Source: Chlamydiales bacterium | Lineage (GTDB): Bacteria > Chlamydiota > Chlamydiia > Chlamydiales > JAAKFR01 | Assembly: GCA_041395025.1 (NCBI GenBank) | Contig: JAWLBH010000001.1 | Coordinates: 390,001 to 422,000, forward strand | Length of the DNA: 32,000 nucleotides | Direction: 5' to 3' | In this document: in pieces, positions 1-8,857 of the stretch | How positions within the stretch are numbered: position 1 is the stretch's first letter | How the letters are laid out: every line of letters starts with the position of its first letter | Notes under the pieces: model-generated | What the model was told of the DNA's origin: nothing | Database searches by the model: none | Seen by the model: the letters and a program-made list of their open reading frames with translations, nothing else | Made by a program: the position numbers and the translations under genes

Positions 1-1364
1 TTTACTCCAATTTCTCGTTGAACTTCTCTTGCAATCTCTTCAGCAAATAGGTCTACTTGATGCTTTTTAGGCCCTTCAACCATGACACGACAAAGATTTT
101 CAGTTCCAGAATAACGGATCAACACTCGTCCTTCTTTACCCAACTCTTCCTCAATCATTGCAATTTTTTTCCACACATTTGTTAACTTGTGTAAAGAGGG
201 TTTTTTTGAAACAGGAACATTAATAAGAGTTTGTGGAATTTTTTTTACACAAGCCGCTAAATCCGAAAGAGTTGAATCATTTTCAATCATGATCCTTAGA
301 ACCTGTAGAGCAGCAACAATACCATCCCCCGTTGTATTATGGTCAAGAAAGATCATATGACCACTCTGTTCTCCCCCTAAAAAAGCATCATACTTCAGCA
401 TATCATGAATTACATATCGATCACCAACTTTTGATAAAATCACTTCTATTCCAATGGATTTCAAATACTGAACGACTCCGTAATTCGTCATTACAGTTGT
501 AACAACGCGATTATTTTTTAACATTTTTCGATTTTGTAAATCATAAGCACAAATCGCTAAAATTATGTCGCCATCGACGATATGACCTTGTTCATCTACC
601 ATAATCACTCGATCTCCATCTCCATCAAGAGCGATCCCTACATTAGCTTTATGCTCAATCACCCCTTTTTGCATAACTGATGGGTGTAAGGCACCACAAT
701 TTTCATTAATATTAATCCCATTTGGATCATTCCCTATTGCAACTACTTCAGCATCTAGCTCCCAAAAAACAAGAGGAGCAACTCTATGAGCAGCACCATT
801 AGCACAGTCTAAAAATATTTTTATGCCTTTTAATGTTCTACCTTTTGGAAAAGTAGCTTTTACAAATTCAATATACCGTCCTCCAGCATCTTCGATGCGC
901 TTATTTCGACCTAATTCGTTATCTGGTGGAATCTCTTCGAAATTTCCTAAAGCAATAATCTTTTCCATTTCATGTTCAATCTCATCAGGCAATTTAATAC
1001 CATCGGAAATAAAAATCTTAATTCCATTATCATGATAAGGATTGTGTGATGCAGAAATTACAATCCCAGCATCAGCGCGATAAGCACGAGTAATAAAAGC
1101 AACCGCTGGAGTTGGAAGTGGACCTACTATTAATGTATCTACCCCCATAGAATTTAGGCCTGCTACAAGTGCATTTTCAAACATATAACAAGAAAGTCGC
1201 GTATCTTTCCCTACAACTACTCGATGCTTTCCATTATGACGACGAAGGACAACAGCGACAGCTTTACCAAGCATGAGAGCAATCTCAACAGTCATCGGAA
1301 AATAGTTGGCTCGTCCCCTAACACCATCAGTTCCAAATAACTTAAAGTCAGATCTTTTAATCAC
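1..1364 (-). CDS. glmM: phosphoglucosamine mutase, partial (last few C-terminal residues lie beyond window start)
   Basis: Absent from the ORF track because there is no stop in the window. My minus-strand translation starts at GTG (1364..1362), preceded by AGGAAAGAG. It reads VIKRSDFKLFGTDGVRGRAN...GIVISASHNPYHDNGIKIF...GIALDGDGDRVIMVDEQGHIVDGD, and the frame is still open at position 1. FGTDGVRG, the SASHNP phosphoserine loop and the DGDGDR metal loop are phosphohexomutase/GlmM hallmarks. Confidence 0.85.
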   Translation of the reverse strand, partial: MIKRSDFKLFGTDGVRGRANYFPMTVEIALMLGKAVAVVLRRHNGKHRVVVGKDTRLSCYMFENALVAGLNSMGVDTLIVGPLPTPAVAFITRAYRADAGIVISASHNPYHDNGIKIFISDGIKLPDEIEHEMEKIIALGNFEEIPPDNELGRNKRIEDAGGRYIEFVKATFPKGRTLKGIKIFLDCANGAAHRVAPLVFWELDAEVVAIGNDPNGININENCGALHPSVMQKGVIEHKANVGIALDGDGDRVIMVDEQGHIVDGDIILAICAYDLQNRKMLKNNRVVTTVMTNYGVVQYLKSIGIEVILSKVGDRYVIHDMLKYDAFLGGEQSGHMIFLDHNTTGDGIVAALQVLRIMIENDSTLSDLAACVKKIPQTLINVPVSKKPSLHKLTNVWKKIAMIEEELGKEGRVLIRYSGTENLCRVMVEGPKKHQVDLFAEEIAREVQREIGV

Positions 1365-1611
1365 TCTTTCCTATAGCTTTTATATAAAACCATACAGAAC
1401 AAAAAGATTTCTTTCTAGAATTGATCGACGTTTATCAAATTCATGATCGATACAATAAATAGATCAATTTCTATTTCAAGTAGTTTAGCAAATCTACTAT
1501 CTTGATTTCTTTACTAATCTAAACTATTGACTAAGAAATTAAAAAATCTCCCTTTTATCTAAGAAAAATATCGAAAACCTTTTTTCTTCTATAAATTCAA
1601 ATATAAGTCAG

Positions 1612-1640
1612 TAGACAAGAGGAAAGATTTTGGATATAGT
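1612..1640 (+). promoter_or_regulatory. candidate sigma70/66-type promoter for pcnB: TAGACA - 17 nt - TATAGT
   Basis: -35 TAGACA at 1612-1617, a 17-nt spacer, and -10 TATAGT at 1635-1640, about 115 nt upstream of the pcnB start. Motif match only, in AT-rich DNA. Confidence 0.3.
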
Positions 1641-1755
1641 CAGCCCATTTGGAATAGTGCCTTTTCCTTAAAAAACCAAAGAAAACCTGCTTATGATTAA
1701 TAAAATCGTCTCATTTTAATTGCATGAACATCGCTAGAAAGAAACATTTTCATCT

Positions 1756-2943
1756 GTGAAAGAAAAAATCTACAACATAAGAGACCATCATATTCGCAAT
1801 GAACTGATCGACCCTAAAGCTCTTTTTGTTCTAAAAAAACTTCATCAAGCAGGCTATACTGCCTATCTTGTTGGAGGAGGAGTACGTGATCTACTTATGA
1901 GAAAAAAACCCAAAGATTTTGATATCTCTACTTCAGCTAAACCTAATGAAATCAAAATCTTATTTAAAAAACACTGCTTATTAATTGGGCGTCGATTTCG
2001 CCTTGCTCATATTCGTTTGGGGCAAGATATTATTGAAGTATCAACATTCCGAGCAGGAGATCCAACTGATCAGGAACTAATCATTGAAGATAATATCTGG
2101 GGAACACCAAAAGAGGATGTTTTACGCCGTGATTTTACGATGAATGGATTATTTTATGACCCTCTGGATCACAAAATTATTGATTATGTTGGTGGCTTTG
2201 AAGACCTTAAAAATCATAATTTAAGAATGATAGGTGATCCAAAGCTACGTTTTAAACAAGATCCTGTCCGTATGATTCGTATGCAAAAGTTTCGTGCTCG
2301 TTTTGGCTTTAATGTTGATTTAGAGATTCTTCAAGCATTAGATGAATGTCGTAAAGAAATTATCAAAAGTTCCCCTAATCGAGTGTTGGAAGAAATTTTC
2401 CGAATGTTAGAATCAGGCGCTTCCGAGCCTTTTTTTCGGATGCTGGTTGATTCACAACTCCTTGAAATTCTATTTCCTCCTCTTGATGCTTATTTTCAGC
2501 AGCCGATTGGATCTCTTATCTATACCTACTTAAAAACAGCCGATTCGATAAATCTCGATTCAACATCCCCTATTCTTGACAGAGGAGTTTTAACAGCTGC
2601 TCTTATTTATCCTATTTTAGAACAAGAAATTGCAACAAAAGAAAAAAAAATCAGTATGGGTGATGTAATGAATCTATCTTATGAATTAATTCAAAAATTA
2701 TTATTTAAACCCTACCCACATTTTCCTCGAAAAATTCGCATACGTTGTCATTTTATCCTTTTCACACAGTATAGATTCAGTCTCAAAAAAAAACAGTCTC
2801 ACCACCGCGTGGCAAAACAAAAAGAGTTTTTCTATGCTTTAGTATTTTTAAAAATTCGTGCCCTGATTAATCCTAGTCTTTTCAAAATCTATAGAAAATG
2901 GAAATCTGTTTTAAAAAGAGAACATGAAAAAAAAAATCCATGA
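1756..2943 (+). CDS. pcnB: poly(A) polymerase / tRNA nucleotidyltransferase family protein (PcnB-like)
   Basis: 395-aa ORF with a GTG start. It has the class II nucleotidyltransferase head [24 protein letters not shown] and the [12 protein letters not shown] motif. The N-terminus aligns with E. coli PcnB as I remember it ([25 protein letters not shown]). Confidence 0.8.
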   Translation: [395 protein letters not shown]

Positions 2944-2995
2944 TTTCTTTATCTGAATATTCAAACTTCTGAAAAAATTCTTTTAGGTAGAAATT

Positions 2996-3715
2996 ATGCA
3001 CTATTCAATTGTGATTCCTGTTCAAGACGAAGAAGAAAATATCCGAGATCTCATCTACGAAATTGAATGTATTATGAAAAAAATAGGAGACCCTTGGGAA
3101 CTGATTTTTATTGATGACGGTTCTAAGGATCTTAGTTTGCTAATATTAAAAGATTTATGTAAAACAAAACCCTATTTACGTGTTCTAGCATTTGCTCAAA
3201 ATTTTGGACAGTCAGCTGCTTTTCTTGCAGGGTTTAAAGCAGCAAATGGAGATCTAGTGATTACACTCGACGGAGATGGACAAAACGACCCTTCAGATAT
3301 TCCAAAACTCATTGCAGCTATGACTGATTGTGAACTTGTCGTAGGTTGGAGGGTAAATAGACGCGATTCTTGGAAAAAAAGGGGGATTTCTTACCTCTCT
3401 AATTGGGTGCGTAGTCGTGTTTGCAAAGATGGAATACATGACACAGGATGTTCATTAAAAGTCTATAGAAAAACAGCTCTACAGCAAATCAAAATGTATA
3501 AAGGGATGCATCGCTTTTTACCAGCTCTTTTCAAAATTGAAGGATTTCGAGTTAAAGAAATTCCTGTTAATCACCGCCCACGCACTAAAGGAATAACTAA
3601 GTATCATTTTTTTAATCGTGCAATCGATCCTTTACTTGATATGCTAGCTGTTCGATGGATGCGCCACCGCGCGCTCAATTATAAATTAAGTGAAGAAATT
3701 TCTTATAAACAATGA
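2996..3715 (+). CDS. family 2 glycosyltransferase, polyprenyl-phosphate sugar transferase-like (DPM1/ArnC/GtrB type), without C-terminal TM helices
   Basis: 239 aa. The sequence IVIPVQDEEENI...FIDDGSKD...LDGDGQNDP shows the GT-A fold with DxD typical of Dpm1/ArnC/GtrB-like enzymes. No hydrophobic C-terminal segments are visible. The stop overlaps the lpxB start (ATGA at 3712-3715). Confidence 0.75.
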   Translation: MHYSIVIPVQDEEENIRDLIYEIECIMKKIGDPWELIFIDDGSKDLSLLILKDLCKTKPYLRVLAFAQNFGQSAAFLAGFKAANGDLVITLDGDGQNDPSDIPKLIAAMTDCELVVGWRVNRRDSWKKRGISYLSNWVRSRVCKDGIHDTGCSLKVYRKTALQQIKMYKGMHRFLPALFKIEGFRVKEIPVNHRPRTKGITKYHFFNRAIDPLLDMLAVRWMRHRALNYKLSEEISYKQ

Positions 3716-5457
3716 CTGATACACTTCGCTCTCTTTTTTATCCTCTTGGCTTGATTGCAAATTGTTTATTTGGGTTCCGAGTATTTTTTCAGTGGATACA
3801 GAGTGAAAGAAAAGGAGAAAGTATCCTCTCTCCCTCTTTCTGGAGGATTTCCCTTATCGCAAACGGAATCATGTCAATCCATGGATTCATTCAACTGCAA
3901 TATCCTGTTTGCCTAATTCAAGCATTGAATGGAGTCATTGCCTGGCGTAATCTCAACCTTATGCATTCTAATTCTCTCTCACAAAAAAAAACTTTTGCAA
4001 TTATGAGCCTTGCAATTGTGATTATTTCCTTGGTTTTTGCCCAACAAGATGTCTGGATGTCTCCTCCTAAAATTTCTTGGTATAAAAATCACCTTAATCC
4101 ACCTAATTTTGCTTGGCATTTGGTTGGGTATCTTGGAATGTTTCTTTTTACGAGTCGTTTTTGGTTGCAATGGTGGCTAGCTGAAAAACATCAAACAAGT
4201 TGTTTAGGAAAGCCATTTTGGTGGATGAGTTTATCAGGTGCTTCTCTCTCCTTAGTATATTTTATCCGCTTAGCAGACCCTGTCAATATCATAGGCTATG
4301 GCTTTGGCCTTTTGCCTTATATCCGTAATCTTATGCTGATAAAGCCTAACTATAAAATAGGAAAAGATCTATTTATATTTGCTGGAGAACCCAGTGGTGA
4401 TGTTTTAGGTGCCCAATTAGTTAAAACACTAAAAAAAAATCAATCCAACCTCATTATCACTGGTGTTGGAGGACCACTGATGTCTGATGCAGGAATGAAT
4501 ATCACCTATCCCATGGAACTCTTTCAAGTCATGGGTTTTTCAGATGTCATTAAAAGACTCCCTCTCATCTATTTAAATCTAATAAAAATTAGCAATCAAA
4601 TCCTAAAGATGCAACCCATTGCTGTTGTTCTTATTGACTATCCTGATTTCAATATGCATCTTGCAAAAAAATTGCGCAAGAAAGGCTATGCAGGAAAATT
4701 GATCCACTATGTTTCCCCTTCGATTTGGGCTTGGAGAAAAGGAAGAATAAAAACTCTTGTAAAGACTTTAGATAGTCTTCTTTCAATTCTTCCTTTTGAA
4801 AAAGAATACTTTAACCATACTTCGCTTCCAGTTACCTATGTCGGTCACCCTCTCGTATCTGCTATCAAATCTCATATTTATCAACCACCAATTTTATTCC
4901 CTAAAGATCAACCAATTTTAGCAATTTTTCCTGGAAGTCGCCGACAGGAAATTGCCTTAAATCTTCCTATTCAATGGGAGGTTGCAAAACAATTTCCTGA
5001 TTTCATTCCTTGTATTTCTGTAGCTCACCCCTATCTTATCAAAGAAATTAAAAAACATACTGGATCTAAAGCGCATCTTGTTCCACAAGACAAGCGTTAT
5101 GATTTAATGCAAGCTGCTACACTAGCTTTAGCGACTTGTGGGACAATTGTATTGGAGATAGGATTACATGCTCTGCCAACAGTCGTCATCTATAAACTTA
5201 CTCCTATGAACTATTTAATGGGTCGCTACATCTTTCGCATTGATCTTCAATTTTATAACCTCGTCAATATTATCTGCAAACGTCACGTTTATCCAGAATT
5301 TATCGATAGAAAACTTTCTATAGATAAGATTACCAGAGCATTAAAATCTCTTAACCCTAAGCAATGTTATGAAGCTTGCAGAGAATTGACCTCTCATCTT
5401 TCAGACTATAATGCTAGCGAAAAAGCTGCCCAAATTATTAAGAGTTTGATTACATGA
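3712..5457 (+). CDS. lpxB: lipid-A-disaccharide synthase with N-terminal duplicated LAB_N membrane domain
   Basis: 581 aa. Residues ~218-581 (FIFAGEPSGDVLGAQLVKTLK...) match LpxB (E. coli VAGEASGDILGAGLIRALK). Residues ~1-215 are two homologous hydrophobic repeats (FRVFFQWIQSERKGESILSPSFWRISL and SRFWLQWWLAEKHQTSCLGKPFWWMSL). This is the LAB_N domain (PF07578) known from chlamydial LpxB. Confidence 0.9.
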   Translation: MTDTLRSLFYPLGLIANCLFGFRVFFQWIQSERKGESILSPSFWRISLIANGIMSIHGFIQLQYPVCLIQALNGVIAWRNLNLMHSNSLSQKKTFAIMSLAIVIISLVFAQQDVWMSPPKISWYKNHLNPPNFAWHLVGYLGMFLFTSRFWLQWWLAEKHQTSCLGKPFWWMSLSGASLSLVYFIRLADPVNIIGYGFGLLPYIRNLMLIKPNYKIGKDLFIFAGEPSGDVLGAQLVKTLKKNQSNLIITGVGGPLMSDAGMNITYPMELFQVMGFSDVIKRLPLIYLNLIKISNQILKMQPIAVVLIDYPDFNMHLAKKLRKKGYAGKLIHYVSPSIWAWRKGRIKTLVKTLDSLLSILPFEKEYFNHTSLPVTYVGHPLVSAIKSHIYQPPILFPKDQPILAIFPGSRRQEIALNLPIQWEVAKQFPDFIPCISVAHPYLIKEIKKHTGSKAHLVPQDKRYDLMQAATLALATCGTIVLEIGLHALPTVVIYKLTPMNYLMGRYIFRIDLQFYNLVNIICKRHVYPEFIDRKLSIDKITRALKSLNPKQCYEACRELTSHLSDYNASEKAAQIIKSLIT

Positions 5458-5828
5458 AATGTCCTTGTCATAGTGGGAAAGAATACAGAGCTTGCTGCAA
5501 GCCTTATCACAATGGCCAATCTCCATTAAAACCAATTGCCTTAATGCGCGCAAGATACAGCGCCTATGCTCTAAAAAATGTCGATTATATTATTGAAACC
5601 ACCCACTCTTCTCATCCAGATCAAATGAGTTCTCTTAAAGAATGGAGAAGTAGAATTTTCGCTTTTTCAAAAAAATACGCATTTATTAATCTAACCATTC
5701 TAGATTTAGAAGATTGTTTTGTCACATTTCAAGCACAATTAAATCATGATGAATCTTTCATTGAGAAGAGTGAATTTAAGAAAGAAGATGGTGAATGGCG
5801 TTATAAAGGAGCAGTTTTTATCAAATAA
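5454..5828 (+). CDS. ychJ: YchJ/UPF0225 family SEC-C motif protein
   Basis: 124 aa. CPCHSGKEYRACCKPYHNG...LMRARYSAYALKNVDYIIETTH aligns well with E. coli YchJ as remembered (CPCGSAVEYSLCCHPYVSG...[22 protein letters not shown]). The C-terminal EKSEFKKEDGEWRY matches ERSRFLKENGQWYY. ATGA overlap with lpxB. Confidence 0.8.
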   Translation: MKCPCHSGKEYRACCKPYHNGQSPLKPIALMRARYSAYALKNVDYIIETTHSSHPDQMSSLKEWRSRIFAFSKKYAFINLTILDLEDCFVTFQAQLNHDESFIEKSEFKKEDGEWRYKGAVFIK

Positions 5829-6771
5829 GAGCCTTTTTCATCTGATCAAAGACCCCTCTTTCTATTAAATCAGCTGCTCCTAAAATTCCATTCATTAAAG
5901 CTTGATGGTCAGAATTACCATGACATTTAATCACTAAACCATTAAGACCACAAAGAAAAGCTCCTGGATGTTTCGAATAATTAAATTTCTGATTGAGATG
6001 AGCGACAATTTCTGGAACATTAAATTGCTTCCCAAGATAATTCGCTAAGAAACTTGAAACACCTTCCGATGTTTTCAAAAAAATGTTTCCTGTAAAACCG
6101 TCCGTGACAAGAACGTCTATCTCTCCTCTAAAGACTTCATGACCTTCAATATTTCCAAGAAAACAATTTTGAAAAGCTGTTTGTAAAAGACGATATGTCT
6201 CTTTTGTCTCTTTTCTTCCTTTTTCCTCTTCAACACCGATATTAAGAAGCCCAATCATAGGATTTTTTAATCCTTGATAACACTGCTGATATATGGCACC
6301 CATCTTAGCATATGATACAATTTGACATGGTTTCGCCATCATATTTGCTCCAACATCAAGAACAACAATCTTTTCTTTTGCAGTAGGCATTGTAACTAAC
6401 AATGCTGGTCTCTCCACTCCAGGAAAAGTACCTAAATAATGGATGGCTGTTCCTACTAGAGCTCCTGTATTGCCAACAGATATAAAAGCGTCTACTTCTC
6501 CTTTCTTAAGTAGACGCATACCAACAGACATAGAGGAATTTTTTTTACGACGAATCGCAAGAAGAGGGGACTCACCCATTTCAATACTTTCCTCGGTTGT
6601 TAGAAATTCGATTCGAGGATGTGCATTTTGAGCAAATAAGGAACAAAAAGGACGAGTAGCTAAAACCACTAAGTAATATTTTGTTTTTCTTGCAACATCA
6701 AGTATGGCTTTAAAAATTACGTCGGGAGCCTGATCACCTCCCATTAAATCCACTCCTAAGCGTAGATCCAA
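5821..6771 (-). CDS. plsX: phosphate acyltransferase PlsX
   Basis: 316 aa. The sequences GVDLMGGDQAP, ISVGNTGALV and VLDVGAN are typical of PlsX. It lies immediately downstream of rpmF, the usual rpmF-plsX arrangement. Confidence 0.9.
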   Translation of the reverse strand: MDLRLGVDLMGGDQAPDVIFKAILDVARKTKYYLVVLATRPFCSLFAQNAHPRIEFLTTEESIEMGESPLLAIRRKKNSSMSVGMRLLKKGEVDAFISVGNTGALVGTAIHYLGTFPGVERPALLVTMPTAKEKIVVLDVGANMMAKPCQIVSYAKMGAIYQQCYQGLKNPMIGLLNIGVEEEKGRKETKETYRLLQTAFQNCFLGNIEGHEVFRGEIDVLVTDGFTGNIFLKTSEGVSSFLANYLGKQFNVPEIVAHLNQKFNYSKHPGAFLCGLNGLVIKCHGNSDHQALMNGILGAADLIERGVFDQMKKALI

Positions 6772-6777
6772 AAAGTC

Positions 6778-6960
6778 TTATTCCTCTTCCCTATTGATTA
6801 CCAAACGATTATTATAAAATCCACAAGAAGAACAAACACGATGAGAGAGGCGAGGACTCCCGCAATTTGAACAAGTGGCTATATTTTTGGCTTTTTTTTC
6901 ATGATGAGCACGCCTGGTGTTTTTACGCTGATTACTCAACCGTGATCTTGGCACTGCCAT
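6778..6960 (-). CDS. rpmF: 50S ribosomal protein L32
   Basis: 60 aa beginning MAVPRSRLSNQRKNTRRAHH, with a CxxC...CxxC zinc ribbon (CSNCGSPRLSHRVCSSCG). AGGAG SD-like sequence upstream of the ATG. Confidence 0.95.
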   Translation of the reverse strand: MAVPRSRLSNQRKNTRRAHHEKKAKNIATCSNCGSPRLSHRVCSSCGFYNNRLVINREEE

Positions 6961-7309
6961 TTTTCCTAACTCCTAGAAAAAAATTAATGTAACTTTATTT
7001 TGAAAATAACTTCCAAAACTTCATAGGATGAGAGATAACATCTCACCTCCCCTCTATCCAGCAGATAAATTTAATAGAAAATGGTTTTTAGAGCTAGTTT
7101 TTTATGGAAAATTTCAAGAGATTAAATTAGACTAAAAAGAAGTTCAATGAAATATTTATCGAAATGTTTGGAATAAAAGAGCTTCTGAGACTATCCCTGA
7201 AAAGGCTTCAAAGATTAGAAAAAAAAATTGGTTTTTCCCTTCCTATACAAAGTGATGCATTGTTTCAATCCAGGTTTCTTTTATTCCTGCCGATTTTTAA
7301 GGTAAACCA

Positions 7310-8857
7310 ATGGATGATGATGTTCTTCTCAATGTGGAATCTAAAGAAATTCGCTACGCACACCTAAGAAATGGTCAACTTCAAGATCTAATTTTAGAAA
7401 GAAAGAAGACACGGCAACTGACGGGTAATATTTACCGCGGTCAGGTGACGAATGTCCTTCATAATATTCAATCAGCTTTTATCAATATCAATGAAGGAGA
7501 AAATGGATTCATTCATATGTCTGATATCCTTGAAAATACGAAAAAATTCGAACGCATGTTTGATATGGATTTTGATCTTGACTACGATATTCAATCTCTA
7601 GATGTAGGTAAACAGAAACAATTAGATATTACTGAAGTACTAAAAATTGACCAACCTGTCCTTGTACAAGTGGTCAAAGAACCAATTGGCTCAAAAGGGG
7701 CTCGTCTTACATCCAATATTTCAATTGCTGGTCGTTATCTTGTTTTACTCCCTAATTCTCCTCATCGTGGAGTCTCACGGAAGATCGAAGATACCGACAT
7801 TCGTGATGAACTCAAAAAACTCATTCGAGCATTTGAAATGCCTCACGATATGGGCTTGATTTGCCGAACAGCGAGTAGCTATGCAACCACTGATCTACTT
7901 GTTAATGAAGCCCATGAACTACTCAATTTATGGCAACAAATAATAGAAAAATTTCATCAATCTTCTCATCCAAATCTTCTTTATGAAGAATCTGATATTT
8001 TAAAAAGAGCAGTCATTACTTGTGTTGATAAAAAATATAATCGTTTACTGGTAGATGACTATGCTACCTATCAGAAATGTAAAAAAATCTATAAGAACTT
8101 CAATTTTGAATATCCATTAAGGATTGAATACTACAGAGATAAAGTTCCTATGTTTGAAAGATTCAACATCGAACGTGAAATAGAAAAGGCTCTTCGTAGA
8201 AAAATTTGGCTTGCAAGTGGTGGCTACCTCTATTTTGATAGAACCGAAGCCATGTTTACAATTGATGTGAATTCAGGAAGGAGTACTACCTCAGGTGAGG
8301 GGAATGTTGAAGAAACCCTTGTGCGTATTAATCTAGAAGCAGCTGAGGAGATTCCTCGTCAACTGCGTTTGCGAAACATTGGTGGGCTGATAATTATCGA
8401 TTTTATCGATATGAAGATGAGAAAAAACCAAAGACGTGTGTTAGAGCAACTGAGAGAATCAATGAAACAAGATCCAGCTAAATGTACCATTTTGAGTATG
8501 AGTGAATTTGGTCTCATTGAAATGACACGTCAAAGAAGTCGCGAATCACTCATTCAAACGATGTTTACAGCTTGTCCCTATTGTCATGGAAGCGCTTTGA
8601 TTAAAAATCATGAAAGCACAATGATTGAAATTGAGCGAACTTTGAAAAAAGTCATTTTGCAATACAACCAATATAGGCTTCTTCTTATATTGCATCCAGA
8701 ATTACATAAATATATGAAACAAGAAGGAAATCTTTCTTATTTACTTGCTTTTGCAAAGCAATTAAAAGCGACACTTGATTTTAAAGAATCTGATTCCCTT
8801 CATATCAATGATTTTCAAATAATTTCGACCTTAACAAACCAAATAATAGAAGTATGA
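7310..8857 (+). CDS. rng: Rne/Rng family ribonuclease (RNase G-like)
   Basis: 515 aa. It has an N-terminal S1 domain (GNIYRGQVTNVLHNIQSAFININEGENGFIHMSD), a catalytic core (FTIDVNSGR, GGLIIIDFIDM) and a CPYCHG Zn-link-like motif. The size fits RNase G rather than RNase E. Confidence 0.88.
   Translation: MDDDVLLNVESKEIRYAHLRNGQLQDLILERKKTRQLTGNIYRGQVTNVLHNIQSAFININEGENGFIHMSDILENTKKFERMFDMDFDLDYDIQSLDVGKQKQLDITEVLKIDQPVLVQVVKEPIGSKGARLTSNISIAGRYLVLLPNSPHRGVSRKIEDTDIRDELKKLIRAFEMPHDMGLICRTASSYATTDLLVNEAHELLNLWQQIIEKFHQSSHPNLLYEESDILKRAVITCVDKKYNRLLVDDYATYQKCKKIYKNFNFEYPLRIEYYRDKVPMFERFNIEREIEKALRRKIWLASGGYLYFDRTEAMFTIDVNSGRSTTSGEGNVEETLVRINLEAAEEIPRQLRLRNIGGLIIIDFIDMKMRKNQRRVLEQLRESMKQDPAKCTILSMSEFGLIEMTRQRSRESLIQTMFTACPYCHGSALIKNHESTMIEIERTLKKVILQYNQYRLLLILHPELHKYMKQEGNLSYLLAFAKQLKATLDFKESDSLHINDFQIISTLTNQIIEV

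Noticed and set aside
823-1035. 70-aa plus-strand ORF
   Set aside because: It lies entirely antisense to the well-supported glmM coding region and has a low-complexity S/I/P-rich composition. It is a shadow ORF.
1421-1470. Three GATC-containing related motifs (TTGATCGA, ATGATCGA, AGATCAAT) in the glmM-pcnB spacer, considered as an origin or methylation-regulated site
   Set aside because: There are no DnaA-box-like TTATCCACA matches, no dnaA/dnaN context, and the motifs are short and imperfect.
7164-7367. 67-aa plus-strand ORF upstream of and overlapping rng
   Set aside because: It has no SD, overlaps the rng start, which has an AAGG SD and good N-terminal homology, and its sequence is unremarkable. 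It is probably non-coding, though the spacer itself is flagged as a finding.
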